The notes under the pieces were generated by a model. The model had not been told where the DNA came from and did not search any database. It saw nothing but the letters and a program-made list of their open reading frames with translations. The position numbers were made by a program, and so were the translations under genes. From Ramazzottius varieornatus (Eukaryota; Animalia; Tardigrada), in NCBI GenBank assembly GCA_001949185.1, contig BDGG01000018.1, positions 62,001 through 126,000 of the forward strand: 64,000 bases of DNA. The letters run 5' to 3'. This document shows positions 24,292 through 38,362 of the stretch, in pieces. Positions within the stretch are counted from its first letter, which is position 1; each line of letters opens with the position of its first letter.

Positions 24292-27200
24292 ATGGAGCAT
24301 GCCAGCTGGCAGGTGTTTTGTCCGAAATTCCAAGTGGGAAATGCCAGCCTGTTGGCGATATGGGATCCATCGGTCAACGATTTCACATTTTGTTACCGTC
24401 AACTATTTCTGGGCATATCACATACATTATTGCTCCTTACTTGTGGTTTCTACGTGGGCAGACTCTCATGGAGGAGACTGAATGCCCCAGTGCTGAGCCC
24501 TTCACAAAGAGCCACACTTGGTATTTCCACGGCAGCTTGGATCATCCGCCTGATCGCCTCTGTAGGGACGGTGCTTTCGCTCTTGCTGTCCTTCTTTCTG
24601 CAGATACTTTGGCTAAAGGACTGGCCAGCGTTTGGCGTCGTTTCCTACGCCCAAAGCTCAATGTAAGATAAGCCATGCAGTTTTACGAGGAAATTATCGA
24701 CGCTGAAAGTTTCACCTGCGTTGATCGAAGGCGACAGTGCTGTATCACGTGTGATCCTGTATGCATGGCGAGTCAGACACACGGTTTGTTAGTTTTAATG
24801 GCAGGTCGACGCCCTGGTTGTTTTCGACCGAGTGGCCCGCCATGACAGTTGTGTTTGCACAGTTCGACAGTCTTGAAGCTTTTCCTTATGTGGCGGCGTA
24901 GGTTTCCTGACTGACTGACTTACGTATGACTATCGCTCTTTGTAGATGTGTCCTGGTATGGATTCTTCATGGACACATAGCCTGGAAGTTGGCTCGATCC
25001 GCTCCGTGCTTGTCCTTCGATGGAGCGGATACCTTCGTCATATTCACAAGCTGGTTTCCCGCATTCCTCATTTGGTCATTCGAGTTCCGCGCCACGTTAC
25101 TGGGCCATTCTCCCAACCAAGTAAAATATCCTCCATCCCTTTTGGTTTCTTGGGCTGATCTTTCCATGCAGCGTGGATTTTGTTACAGGTTTTTGTCATT
25201 ATTACCATAGTGATCTTCTCGCTGCAAGTCCTCTTCCTGACATCGGGTGTTGTGCAACTGTACAGTTCGTGCATTTATGTCAGAGGCTATGATGTACGCC
25301 CCGTGTCTAGCCGTCGCTCTTCCGTCTCGTCCAACGGCTCCGGCGATATAGATTCTTCGGACAATGTGAACCTCATCAACGGGATGCCGCCCTCCCAGTC
25401 GGCATCCTCCGTTTCCGCATCCACCCTCACCGCTGCCAAACTCGGTCAACCGCACTTCTGGGGCCCCCTCAGGTTCTTGCTTTTCCTATGGGTCGATCCG
25501 CTGATGCAACAAGGTATTTGAGCACTGAAGAATTCTCTTTCGCCAATACGTCCAGAAAAAGCTCGAAATACCTGCGGCACGGCCTTGACAGCGATACTTG
25601 TGTAAATCAAGGCCGTGCCGGGATAGTATTTGCCGATTTCAAATTGTATGGCAGTCATTCTGCAGGTGCCGATGGCTTTCTTCACAAGGCTGACGATCTC
25701 TTTGAACTTCCTGCCAAGCTCAAAGCCGATGCGCATGCTCAGACTGTGCAGAAAGCGCTGGCCAGAAACCCCAAGACGTCGCGCTTCTATCTGCCGCAAA
25801 TCCTCATTGGCATATGGGGCATGCAGTGGCTCTTTCTGGGCATCATGAAGCTGGCCTACTCCTTTTTGCAGTACACTTCGCCCTTGTTCGTCAACGTCCT
25901 GGTCTCCAGCATCGAGAATCCGGCAAGTCAGCCCGAGTACTATGGCTACTTGTTCGGTTTGGGCCTCATTACCGTCAACTTGATGTCGGCCACGACGCAG
26001 CTGCACTACGCTTTTCAGGTGGAGAAACTGAACTTGTAAGCTCAAGTGCGTCCTTTAACCCTCTAGCTATCTTTACCTGTCTCTTCTCAGCCCTGACAAA
26101 AGATGATGATCCAATCTAACTTAACATAAATCTTACGACCGAGAAAGGAAAGGTTCGATGTCTGTAGGGCACGGCCTTAACATGGTAAGGCCGTGTCGTA
26201 GTGTTCTGCTGATGCTTTGTTCATTTTGCAGGTGTATGCGAGGTGCTTTGGTGGATACGGTCTACAGTAAGCTGCTGCGCGTTCATACTTCGGCCCTGTC
26301 AGAAAGCATGGCGTCCAGCCAGGTGGTGAACCTGGTGGGGACGGATTGCGAGAAGGTGTCGGGTAACGTCCAATACCTCCACCAGATGTGGGCCATGCCG
26401 CTGCAGATTGCCGTGGCGCTGTACCTCCTCTACCAACAAGTGGGCTTTGCCTTCATCGGCGGCTTGGTCTTCATCATCCTGCTGGTGCCATTGAACCAGG
26501 TGCTGGCCAGCAAGATTTCCAGCCAGGTGGAGCAGAACCTGAAGGAGCGCGACGCCAGGGTCAGGCTGATGAGCGAGGCGCTGAAGGCCATCAGGGTCAT
26601 CAAGTTTCATGCCTGGGAAAAGTGGTTCTGTAGTCGCGTTGCAGGTGTCCGAATCAAGGAGATGAAGACGGTCAAGACCATCAAGTATCTGGATGCTTGT
26701 TGTGTATACTTCTGGGCTACTACTCCCATGATCATGTAACAACAGCATTCATAATATACATTAAGCTTTTCCAGCACGGCCTTGTTCCTGTTCAGCATCC
26801 TTAGCAAAGCCGTGCCGTTAATATCTTATGGAAATGAACTGATTGTCTGTTGTCTCAGGTCGGTATTAACCTTCACGACCTACGTGTGGATGGGCAACAG
26901 CCTGACAGCGGCCAAAGTCTTCACATGTCTTTCAGTCTTTGGTTTGGTCATCGTCCCGCTGAACGCCATCCCGTGGATCATCACCGGCACAGTGGAAGCC
27001 TGGATCTCGGCCAAACGCCTACAAAAGTTCCTGACGCTGTCAGAGATCGATGTCGGCACATACTACAGCCTGGAGGAGGGAGACAGTGCCAGTGAGAATG
27101 TTGTGACGATGCGGAAGGGCTGCTTCAGCTGGAGCAGGCCCAAGGAAGGCCCCACCCTCGACCATAACTTGGTCGACCAAGCAAGTATGCAGCGTCCTTC

Positions 27201-30200
27201 CATGAAAGAGGGCTGAGGGTGGTGTTGCAGGTCAGGTCTGCTGTGGTCGTAGGTGAAGGGAAGAACCAGTTGGTGGATATCGACGTGAGCGTCAAGCGAG
27301 GTGAGCTGGTGGGTGTAGTGGGCAAAGTGGGCTCGGGCAAGAGCTCCTTACTGCAGGCCATCCTAGCTGAGATGTACGCCACCGACGGCATGGTCCAGCT
27401 GCAGCCAAAGTCCTTGCTGGAAGGCTTTGCCTTCGTCCCCCAAGATAACTGGATCCAGCAGGGCACCATCATGTCCAACATTCACTTCTCCCTGCCCACC
27501 CTCGACCTCGACCTCTACCACAAGGTCCTTGAAGCTTGCGCCCTCCAGCAAGATTTGCAGGTAATCAGCACCTTGTTGTTAACCAACAAGTTGGCAGCGG
27601 ACACAGCTTTCGAACCTCCAGGCAGCGCTGAAACCTAGTGCCGTTTTGGGTCATGTGGCAGCTCGTCAGAGCAACTGGCCCAGATGGGCTGTTCAAGTGG
27701 CGCACCCTTGCAGCCAGTCACAGTGGTGACGTGCGCCCCTTGGCAAAGAAAATGTATAGCCCCGTTTCTTTGGCGGGCTGCCATGGTGGGTGTTAATCCA
27801 TTTGGTCAAAATGCGCAAGTCAGCATGGAATGGGTCTTTTTCCAGGGGTTGACACATGGAAGTCAAACGCAGATTGGCGAGCAGGGTGTGACACTGAGCG
27901 GTGGACAGAAGGCGCGTATCGCTCTGGCGCGGGCTGTACTGCAGAACAAGGAGGTCATCCTTCTGGATGATCCCCTGTCGGCGGTCGACGCCCAAGTGGC
28001 TAACCACATCTTTGACCAGTGCATCCTCAAGCTGCTACGAGGCAAGACTCGCTTGCTGGTCACCCATCACCTGGACTTTTTGCAGGCCGCCGACCGCATC
28101 CTCGTCATGGAGCAAGGCAAGATTGTCCACAATGGGCCGCCTCACCTCATCTTGCCCACCCTACCCAGCTTTCAAGGACCGAAACGCAAGGCGGAAGGTA
28201 GGACAAGCGCGGTACATCAGCTACTTTGCAACGTAGGGTCTTTGTATCGTCTCTGCTGTGTTTCCTGCAGGAGAAAGGACAACGGAGACGCAGACGGAGA
28301 CGGAGACAGAAAGCGATGGGGAGACTTCGGGGCAAAGTGATGGGCCCCAAGTGGCCAAGAAAGGGCGGGAGAGGAAGAGGCGGTCAAAGAGGCAGCTGGT
28401 GGAGGAAGAGCAGCGGGACTACGGCAGCCTCAAGGCTTCCGTCTACAGACAGTACTGGAAAGCCGTCGGCAACTTGTGGGCCATAGCTGTCCTCCTTTCC
28501 CTCTTTCTCATGCAAGGTACCTTTGGCCTTTTTTTTGCCAACCTGCTTTCTGACGCCACAATCACCAAGAAGCAAAGTCCATCAAGTGTGGCCTGGCTAA
28601 AGAGAGGCTGATTCATTTTGCCCGAGTGGCCCACAGTTGCAGGCAGTGGGCAGTACAATATGCGGCACTTGACATGAGAGGTGGCGCTGGCTTGATGATG
28701 ACAATTTCCTTATGGCTGCAGCTTCCTACAATGCGACGGACTGGTGGTTGTCCTACTGGGTGACGCATGAGCAAGTGACCATTAACCCTGTGAGCAACCA
28801 GAGCCAGTCGGACTGGCGGTACTACCTGCAGATCTACAGCTACCTAGGTGCTGGCAACTCCTTGTTGGCCCTGCTTCGTTCCTTCGTCTTTGCCTACGCC
28901 GGCCTGCTAGCGGCCTACCGCCTGCACGACAGGCTGCTGGTCAAAGTGCTGCGTGCTGCCATCAGCTTCTTCGACTCTACGCCCTCCGGCCGCATACTGA
29001 ACCGCTTCGCCAAGGATGTCACCTCGGTGGACAACCAGCTGCCCTTCATGCTCAACATTGTCCTGGCCAACATCTTCCAACTGCTGGGCACCTTCATCAT
29101 CATCTGCTACGGCCTTCCATGGTATGTACGTCTTTCAGCAGCCGAAGGCCAGCGGTCGTCGCTGGCAAGGCCTGCGCCATGCCTTGTCTTTGAGGCCTAT
29201 CGTCTTGCGTTGCAGGTTCATGTTGGTGCTGATTGGGCTGGCGCCCTTATACTACTTGATCCAGCGCTACTATCGCGCCACTTCGCGAGAGATTAAGCGC
29301 ATTGCCACGCTGACGCAGTCGCCCCTCTACACGCTGTACAGCGAGACGGCGGCCGGCCTGCCCACCATACGGGCCATGCGGGCGCAGCCCTACTTTTATG
29401 GGCAGCATCAGCGGCTGCTGGACGACAACCTGCGAGCGCAGTTTGCCGACATGGCCAGCAGCAAGTGGCTGCACATGCGCCTACAGCTGCTGGCCTTGGT
29501 CATCATCAGCGCCGTCGTCCTCATGGCCTTGCTCCTCAAGGCGGCGGCCGGCACTACCGGCTTGGTCCTCTCCTACGCCCTGACCGTCGTTGGCCTGCTG
29601 ACCAGCTTCATTGCCTCCTTCATCGAGACGGAAAAGGAGATGGTCAGCGTCGAGCGCATCGCCCACTACTTGACGGATATCCAAGAGGAAATGTACGATG
29701 GCATCTATACAGTACGTACCGTCATGCATTTGGCTTCAGCGCCCGCTGTGGCTGCAGCAAAGACCAGGCCGTGCTGCGACTTGTGCCCACCCCATAGCTC
29801 TCTTGTTTCTCCATAGGCTCCTGCCGCTTGGCCTCAGCTGGGCGCCATCGACTTTGAGGATGTTTCTCTGCGCTATCGACCAGACTTGCCGCAAGCACTG
29901 AGTGGCCTGACATTGGCCGTCAAGCCGGCAGAGAGGATAGGCATTGTAGGGCGGACCGGTGCCGGCAAGTCCTCCTTCTTGCTCATCCTCTTTCGCATGG
30001 CCCAAATCCATCAGGGCTCCATCTCCGTCGATGGCATCGATATCTCTCACCTTCCTCTCCACCAGCTCAGGTCTCCCACACCCTTCAAACATTATATGGC
30101 TTGATCATTTTCCATCATTGTATGGCACAAGTTGCCGCCATCGATGGAAGAAGGAGCATCGTCTCTGTCTCTGACCATGATTGCTGGCCTATTGGCTGAT

Positions 30201-30943
30201 GAGGGCCATCTTCTTTTGTAGGTCGCGTTTGGCCATCATCCCGCAGACGCCTACCCTCTTTGAGGCCTCTATCCGCCAGAACCTCGATCCACTGCAGCAG
30301 GCTTCGGAGGAGGAAATTTGGGCCGTGCTGGACATGTGCGACCTGCGAGGCGCCATCAGCCAGCTGGGTGGGGGACTTGAGGCCATGGTGGGCCACAATG
30401 GCCGCAACTTGTCGCTGGGCCAGAAGCAGCTCCTCTGCCTGGCCCGCGCCCTCCTAACCAAAGCCCGAATACTCTGTCTGGACGAAGCCACAGCCAGTGT
30501 CGACTACGCCACAGACCAGCTCATCCAACGAACCCTCGCAACAGGTAGGCAAGGAAAATACCCCCATACTGCTTTGATATCGAAGCAGGACACTCTCGCC
30601 TAGGCTGCCTCTTCCAGTGGCGCGCGCTGCAAGGCTCTTGTACTTCCAAAGTGGCGCACTGTACTGGCCGACAACCGAAAATACCTGCGTTAGTCAAAGA
30701 AAGCATTTTGTTCAGTGTTGCATCAATCTTCTTTGACTTGCAGCTTTTACGGGTTGTACGATCATCACCATCGCCCACAGGCTGCGGACGGTGATGGATT
30801 ACGACAGGATCGTGGTGATGGAGGGAGGCAGGATGGTGGAGTGTGACAGTCCGCAGAGGCTGCTGGCCAACCCCCGCTCCCATTTCGCCATGCTGTATGC
30901 CCACAGCCAAAGAAGCCTCTCTGATTCTGGCCCCACTGCATAG
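24292..30943 (+). CDS. ABCC10: ABC transporter C family, MRP7/ABCC10-type, multi-exon
   Basis: TMD0-TMD1-NBD1-TMD2-NBD2 order. Motifs [99 protein letters not shown] and TIAHRL. Stop TAG at 30941-30943. Confidence 0.92.
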
Positions 30944-31650
30944 CCTATTCACCTTCATCCCCCAAGCCCACCATTTCCTATGTTTGGCCTTAGACCCCCC
31001 ACTTTAGTCTTTCCCTTGCTCCAACAAGAAACTTTGGTGGAAATATAATTGACCGGTAGCATATTTTTTTGTCTAGTCCTTGGTGCGACGCTCTGTCGCC
31101 TCTTTCGACTTTCTGTGGTTGGACTTTGTTCCTTTTCTGTCAATTTTCCTTGGTAATTTGATTACCATCAAAATTTGAAATGAAGCTCTTCCAAATTCAG
31201 CTATCTGCTGTTTGCAGAAGGAAGTGTGATCAGAGTCATTGCAGGCAGGCAGGTCTTTTGATGTTGTGGCAGTTGAATGAAAGGAGACAAGATGAAGAAA
31301 GTGCCGCTACATCCTGTTGTTGTTGGTTCTCTTTGTCGCTTCCGGTTCCATCCGCAAAGTTGCTTTGATGCATCTTTCTCAGGTATCGGAATACCGACAT
31401 GCCGTTGGGGGAAGGAAAGTGGTCGAGCAAGGCAGCTGCCGAAGGAAGGGCCAAGCCGAGTTGCGCGTACGTACCGTACCGTACCGGTACACAGGCTGCG
31501 CCTCTCGACAGTGAGGACCAGGCTGACCAGCCCGTGACGTCATTATGGCGCTGTCTACCGTCCTGGCTGGAGTCTGGCATGAAGGAATGGTTCAGTACCG
31601 AGTAACGTACTGACCGCTGTTTTACGGCTCCACTTTGGCTCCCTGTTCAG

Positions 31651-32219
31651 GGCAGTCCAGTGGCAGTGGTCCGGACTGTTCTGCCCACTTCTTATCCGCA
31701 TCTCGCGGCATCTGGAAGGTGCAAGAGCTCGTACGTCCGCACAACTAGCTGTCACTTGCCAACTGCTCAAGCTTCAACTCCATTTTCACCAACTATCTTC
31801 CGCTCTTCTTTGTAGGTGTGAGAGCCCTCAATTGTGGGCGATTGTGTCATATCGCAGCGTCAAAATCCGAAAGGGTGAGAAGAGGGGAAAGCTGGAAACT
31901 TGTTTTCGATGCAGGTAGGTACTGACAGTGACTGCCATGGTTGCTGATTGCTGAAATTTACTCTTCTTGCAGGAAGACGAACTCTAATCGCAAGGTTCCT
32001 CAGCGCCCAGACAAGATAAATCCAAACAACCCGCTCGGTGGAGGACTGGAAAACCATCCTGCAGCTTACCCGGGCAAAGGAGACAAGGCCGACCTGGACA
32101 ACCACGCCAAGCAGACCAACGACAACGCTCGAGCTAAAGCTGCCGCTGGAGGACAAGCGGCTGCAGCTGCTGCCTGTCCAAATTCGGGAGGAAAAACTGG
32201 AGGAAAAGTGACAAGTTAG
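31651..32219 (+). CDS. Putative small spliced hydrophilic protein, start not identified
   Basis: Phase-compatible exons ~31651-31730, 31816-31914 and 31973-32219. The last exon is G/A/N/K-rich with a coding-like GC3 bias (KADLDNHAKQTNDN). Confidence 0.35.
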
Positions 32220-32691
32220 GGAACGGAGATGGGGATCGTCTTCGAGAACTCAGACCAGCTTGTCTTGGATTCCTTCTCCTGTTTTCGTCTGAATGTTCTT
32301 CGTTGGATAACCGACATGCTTTTTCTAGTTTGTCCTTGAAGCCAGAAGTCTGTTCTTTAAACGAAGTGCAGTTTTGAGGTGCGATTTCTTCGAATGTAAT
32401 TATCGGGAAATGCAGGGTCGTAGGAGAGGGAAGACCAAACCGAGAAGACTGACGAGCGTCGTCAAAATGCCGGTAGGACTTTGGTAGTCTGAAGGCGGAA
32501 TGTCCGCACAACAATCAATCAAGACAGACCATGCCGTTGCAGGTGGTTTGACTTGATTGAGTAGGCAGCAGTTGGAACAAGACTGCACAAGTATTAGAAT
32601 CTGTTACGTGAGCGCATTTGTGCTCAGTGGAAAGTTGCTAAACATCGTGTCCATCTGAGAACAGCTTACCATGAAATTTGCCTGACTATGA

Positions 32692-32761
32692 TACCAGCTG
32701 TCCTCCTTGATAAGGCGGTGACTTGTACACAAAAGACCCGAGTTCAATTCTCATTGTGGTA
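32692..32761 (+). pseudogene. tRNA-like sequence (decayed tRNA or SINE head, possible TGT anticodon)
   Basis: 70 nt with TACCA..TGGTA ends, a T-arm/B-box GAGTTCAATTCTC, a CTTGTAC loop and a T7 run immediately downstream. Stems are imperfect. Confidence 0.3.
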
Positions 32762-32809
32762 AGTTTTTTTCGCTTGCTGCACGTTGCAGATCGGCAGATT
32801 TATTAATAA

Positions 32810-33274
32810 GGGCTTACAAAGACTGAGCTGGCTTGGTAGTGTAATTACATCAGCTACTTTGGTGGATACGCCCAGAAATTTCTTTTGACCAGTTAGGAAA
32901 GCGGTGTAACGGCTCGCTTTGAAAGCCCCGCACTGCAGGTAAGTACGATTGGACGATTATAATATCTCTGATGTCGGAGGAACCACCATACACTCACCAG
33001 TAGAAGAAACTATAAGAACCATACACTCACCAGTAGAAGAAACTATAGTAGGAGAAACGAGCAGCAAGAAACTATATCATGGAAGGGACATTTGAAAGTT
33101 TGGAGGGGGGCACAGTGCACTTGGGATGTTGGTTAAGTCTGGTGTAATTACGAGTCGTTCCGGAGCGACTCGTAATTACACCGAAAGTGTAATGTCTGGT
33201 GGAATGAATAGGCCAATCGTAAGGGTGTGGGTGGTGCCAATTACACCGGCGTCGTAATCTATCTTTGTAAGTCC
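32810..33274. mobile_element. Tourist/Harbinger-like MITE with an internal palindrome and a 30-bp duplication
   Basis: Termini GGGCTTACAAAGA/TCTTTGTAAGTCC with flanks TAA/TCA. Repeated GTGTAATTAC motifs, palindrome at 33141-33182, duplication at 32985-33014/33018-33047. Confidence 0.45.
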
Positions 33275-33659
33275 TCATTATTCGGTAATCCCTCAATGTA
33301 AACCTAAATTTTGTTCAAGGTACGAGAATGCGCTTATATTAATGCGTAGAATGAATAAACTATGGGTTGCAGCACGGAAGGGCATACGGGACTTTTGTAT
33401 TTTGTACAGATCTAACCCGTTGATCGTCATCAGATGTATAGCCCTTCCCACTTTTGCTTGTGATGATGTGAATCAAGAGCTCAGTCATGTGCTTCTGGTC
33501 CCAGAAACACGATGATCAGCAGCACGTCAGTGTTTGTGCCTCTTGAGTTTTGATGGCAGTTTTGGCGACTTCCGAGTTCCGACCGATTGAATTCAATTCC
33601 TTATCTTCCACAACGATCTTTGCCGTTAGCGCTGGAAACAGCCCCTCGTATGTTTTTTC

Positions 33660-34955
<1,296 letters not shown>

Positions 34956-35723
34956 AGGGCCGCAGCGATGTTTTACGCTGGCCGACACTGTTGTACCTTT
35001 CTCGCATAGTTCCATTTCCCGTGCTGTACATAACCCGTTGTTGAGCTCTTCTTCGGATTTGACTGGCTTGCTTGGCCAGCATGTTAGGGATGTACCCCGG
35101 TGTATCAAAGCTTTGTGGTGCATGTTAGAAAGGCTCATTTGGCTGCTTGCTCTCTAGTGACATGACAATGCAGCTTGTTGCTGCTGAAGGTGCTTTCCTT
35201 TTATGACGAGGTCTTTCAGGCCCTCGCGCTTCGCTCACTCGTGCTTTGCTTTATGGTATGGCGCTTCTGTCGATGTATAGTTTATCATTCTCCGGACTTG
35301 TCTTCTCTCATAGCCGCAGTCTGCACAACCTTTATATCCACTGTTCACTCCCTGAACTCGGATTTTTCAATAAAGACAACCATATGCATGGCCTGCTGTT
35401 ACCAGAGTTTCTCCTTTGGTGTCGGTTAGTTGATGAACTCTTCGCCTTAGTCAGCAGCAAATGTCGAGGAGGTCCTCGCTCGATATTGCGGCATACTTGA
35501 AGAATAACAGTAGTTTCGTCACGGTCAGCGAAAGCAGATCAGCCCGTAATGGACATATCCTTGAGGTATACTGTGCTAACTATGACTGGCTTGTCGGCAT
35601 ATGCTTGGATTAATTCGTCGGGTACACAATGTCCATACCTGGTACTTTTGTCATTTGGGAGGCCCATATCCTACTTGCAGATGTTTTGCTTAAGCGAAGG
35701 GCTTGTGTTCTGCTTCTTGCAAA

Positions 35724-36883
35724 ATGTGGTTATCGTTCCTTCGTGATTTTATCTGGCTTGTCCTGTTCCATGTTGCAGGTAATTGAGAGTGGCGCTGTGA
35801 GCGGCCAAGAATTAGACAGTGGCTGTTACTTATTCTTGCTTGATGGCTTGGTGTTTTACAGTGGTGGCTGATGTCCCCCCTGTCATCATTCAAGACGACG
35901 TGTCGCATCTTCCTTCTTGCGAATGTCCGTCGGACACCTCGTCCCCTGTCTGCGGTACGGACGGAGAGACTTACGATAACTTTTGCAAATTACGATGTGC
36001 CGCCAGAACTGTCACAGGTAGAGCTCATCTCAGTCCTGATGACTCTGATAATGTGAAAAGCATCCTCTTCTGCCTAGTCTGGCCCCGGCTGTTCTCCTTT
36101 ACCTTTAGGACTTGGGGGAAAATGCCGAGGAAAGTGCCCCTGTCTACCGCGTAGGTCTTTCATCTAGACGCCGCACCAGGATGCAACTTCCTCATTGACT
36201 TGTCCTTGCTTGTCTATAGCCTCGGAATTGGCCAATATGATATGCGAGCTGATTGACAACTGTCCGGCACAGATTCCGCGAGGACAACTTTGCGGAACTG
36301 ACAATACAACCTACAAAGATTCATGCAGTTTCCTTTGCGCTCAGCTAACTTTCGACGGAAGTAAGAAACAACCATTGAAACAACCACCTCATATATCATT
36401 CATCTAAACGACTATCGGCGTCTTTCAATTGCAGTCAAGGAGCTGGGTGTCCAGTGCGGTGGCGCTTGTCCCTGTCCGAAAGGTACTTCATGGCGCCGCT
36501 CGTCGACCTGACTCCACCTGATATCTTTTCGTCTCCGTTCTTAGCTGGAAGTCCCTGCTCCAGGTGCAACGAAGATTATACGCCCATCTGCGGCAGTGAC
36601 AATAACACCTACGGAAACCACTGCATGTTCGCCTGTGGCAGGCTCGCCAATCCCAGTAAGCCGGGGCAGTCCTACTACACTAGTTGTTGGTGGGGACGCA
36701 CTCTAAGAACCCGCAAGCAGCAAGCTTTCGGCAGGTAAATGGCTGCCAGAGCTTTCATCATTCAATTAACGCCCTGGTTGTACAGGTATAGTTCCGTCCT
36801 GTCGGAATGAATGTCCCTGCCAATTCTCCAACGACGCCGACTCCAGATCGCCCAAGGCCAAATTTCTCAATCATTTAATTTAA
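35724..36883 (+). CDS. Secreted protein with three Kazal-type domains (216 aa)
   Basis: Exons 35724-35778 (signal peptide-like MWLSFLRDFIWLVLFHVA), 35862-36017, 36109-36150, 36220-36360, 36435-36482, 36545-36655 and 36786-36883. Kazal motifs PVCGTDGETYDNFC, LCGTDNTTYKDSC and PICGSDNNTYGNHC. Confidence 0.88.
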
Positions 36884-37129
36884 AGCACGCTTTCTTGGTT
36901 CAACTCAAGCGAAGGGTTGCATATCTCGAACGATTACTACCAAAAAACTAATAGAAACTTAGATCATCTACCTTTTTACTAGATTTTTGCTAATACTAAT
37001 TCGAGATAGATCATCTACCTTTTTATTAGTTTTTTTTGACGCAAATGGGCCAGCGGCAGAGTAGATCAGCGAGGCGGGGCTAGTTCAGGAAGTATGGAGC
37101 GGGAACAAAGAGAAAATTATCTTCAGTCG

Positions 37130-37790
37130 GCTAATCAAGATTGTCCAAGCCGGAGGTACTGCGCTGATTGGTCGTCCACGGATATTCTTTAATTTTATGC
37201 TGCGCTCCATGTGATGTCATCTGGCCGCGCCTTTCTATCTCCTCTGCCGCAGCGCCGCTTGCCCAAATCATGCAATGCAGAAGCCGTACTTTGCTCCCTA
37301 CTGTCACCATTTGCAATCATAACTGGTGTCCCTGTTCTCTGATGTGTAGGGATAGGAGTTCGAACACCGTATCTGGCTCGACCTCGATCTTACGTATACT
37401 GCATGAGTCCGGTGCACAATATAGCCGGTTTTTTTATTAGGCTCCGTTCTTGACCGGCTGTTCAGAACGTGACGTATCAGCATGCCTGACGCCTGTGTAG
37501 GGTGACGTACAAGGGCTCGTATGCGATCGTTTGATCGCTCTGACTGATACATGCTCGCAGTCTTTGGACTGGTGCCCGAAAGAGCTTCCCATACTGCTGA
37601 CTCACACAGCAGTCTGGCAAGCTCTTCCGGCATCTGCTCTCAGTGCAACTTGCCTAATTTGTTGGCAACGTTGTCTGTGCGCTGTGCTTGCTGGCAGAGA
37701 AACGTACGCCGTCGTACAGCACTCGTATGATACGGGCCATGTACATGCTGTCGCGGCGGGCACGGTGGCGTTTTGAATCATTAAAAGTGG
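37130..37790 (-). pseudogene. Possible Tc1-like transposase N-terminal remnant
   Basis: SGTSPKTA..SERSNDRIRALVRHP..LIRHVLN loosely resembles the GRPRK/HTH region of Tc1. Heavily decayed, with no DDE motif and no TIRs. Confidence 0.3.
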
Positions 37791-38362
37791 CTATAGTGTA
37801 CAAACCGCAAAAGTTTACAAAATTTACTGGAAAAAAGCGCTCCGTACGTTTGGAAGATCAGTCAATCAATCAATAAAGCGTCTCTGCGCAATGAGCGACC
37901 AAATCAATCAAGCGAGTCAAAGAAGAATGGTCACTAGTGCAGATGATTGATTGTTGATTCAGCAGACGAGATTGTCGAAGTTGTAACTTGTAAGTTGTTA
38001 CCAGAGTGATACACGTGCCGAAGCTGTTTGCCATGCCAGGCTTTATAGCATTGGATAGCATGGCGCAATCACGCGGACAGTTGGGTTTGGCAGGCTATGG
38101 GGTTCTTTTACCAGTGGAGAAAGCAGCAAGTTTGTTCTGGCTAGTGTTCAGCATTGCACTCAGTGAACTAACGCAGCTTTGACTTTTCTTCCCACTCTGT
38201 CAAGCAACTTTCTGCCGGATCCGTTGTTCCGTTTAAATGTTAGATTTTGAGGGCTATCTTTTTGCTCAAAGGAAAAACATGTGCGGCCACTGCAAGCCGG
38301 TAGAATAATTAATAAGTAGTAAAGTTAATTGCGTGTTCCAGACTGTACTCCAATAACACTCA

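Noticed and set aside
27181-27252. Possible GC-AG intron in ABCC10 (27181-27230)
   Set aside because: A canonical GT-AG intron at 27185-27252 keeps the frame equally well, so the non-canonical donor is not needed.
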